Origin: Moniliella sp. 'wahieum'
Taxonomy: Eukaryota
Assembly: GCA_003971905.1 (NCBI GenBank)
Contig: RSEE01000001.1
Location: 1,612,001 to 1,676,000 of the forward strand
Length of the DNA stretch: 64,000 nt
Reading direction: 5' to 3'
The notes beneath the pieces are model-generated. The model was given only the letters and a program-made list of their open reading frames with translations. It ran no database searches and was not told the DNA's origin. Below are positions 63,533-64,000 of this stretch, piece by piece. The first letter of the stretch is position 1; the number at the start of each line of letters is the position of its first letter. A program made the translations under genes and the position numbers.

Positions 63533-64000
63533 ATGTCCACCGTCACCCCCGACCTCGTCAGCACCGACCCCGCTGAGGCCATGGTCGTCGACCCTGCCGC
63601 CGGCGCTCCGGACGCGCCTGCTCCCGAGTCCGGAGAGGCTGCGATGCCCGGTTCAACGTCCAGCTTCGCGCCCTCGTTCTCTCTCCCGACGCGTCCGTGA
63701 TCATTGGCAAGGGCGGCAAGCACATCACCGAGATCCGCCAGAGACGGAGCGCGTCTGACCATCTCGCCTCCGCTCCCGCAAAACCCGGAGCGCATCCTCA
63801 CCGTCTCGGGCCCGCTCGACGCGGTCAGCCGCGCGTTCGGGTTGGTCGTGCGCCGCGTGAACGATGAGCCGTTTATGCAGCCGTCGCTGCCGGGCTCGCG
63901 CGCGTACACGCTCCGTTTCATCGTGCCCAACTCGCGCATGGGCTCGGTGATTGGCAAGGGCCGGCACCAAGATCAAGGAGATCCAAGAAGCTTCTGGTGG
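63533..64000 (+). CDS. KH-domain RNA-binding protein (PCBP/hnRNP K, Rnc1/Pbp2-like), truncated by the window end
   Basis: VIIGKGGKHITEIR, NPERILTVSGPLDAVSRAFGLV, second KH domain RFIVPNSRMGSVIGK. Confidence 0.9.

Overview
This is eukaryotic, fungal DNA: a GC-rich basidiomycete, probably Ustilaginomycotina-like (inferred from short GT-AG introns with CTRAC branch points and from protein sequences). Nearly every gene, including essential ones, is broken by 1-bp indels. These look like long-read consensus errors, so gene ends are approximate. Bases 1-7900 are a lower-GC, gene-poor block with an F-box gene and degenerate repeats. The rest is housekeeping territory: RPS8, a ferric reductase, GAPDH, three tRNA genes, a coiled-coil tail-anchored protein with a CC1-box-like motif, an ammonium transporter, adrenodoxin reductase, a scramblase, DPH1, a bacterial-type amidase, RIT1, a DUF1640 protein, a bHLH factor, an Msb2-like mucin, a full-length Ty1/copia element (identical 160-bp LTRs, ATCGC target duplication), a glycerol-3-phosphate acyltransferase, UBC7, glucosylceramide synthase, a CoA-binding protein and the start of a KH-domain protein. 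The best leads are (i) a possible membrane-anchored dynein-adaptor-like protein, (ii) a likely horizontally acquired amidase ending in a PTS1-like AHL, (iii) a mucin ectodomain built from PWW motifs and Gly/Ser spacers, (iv) an unexplained ~76-bp structured tandem array, and (v) palindrome-plus-one heptamer microsatellites in intergenic DNA. All protein identifications come from motif recognition; no database search was run.
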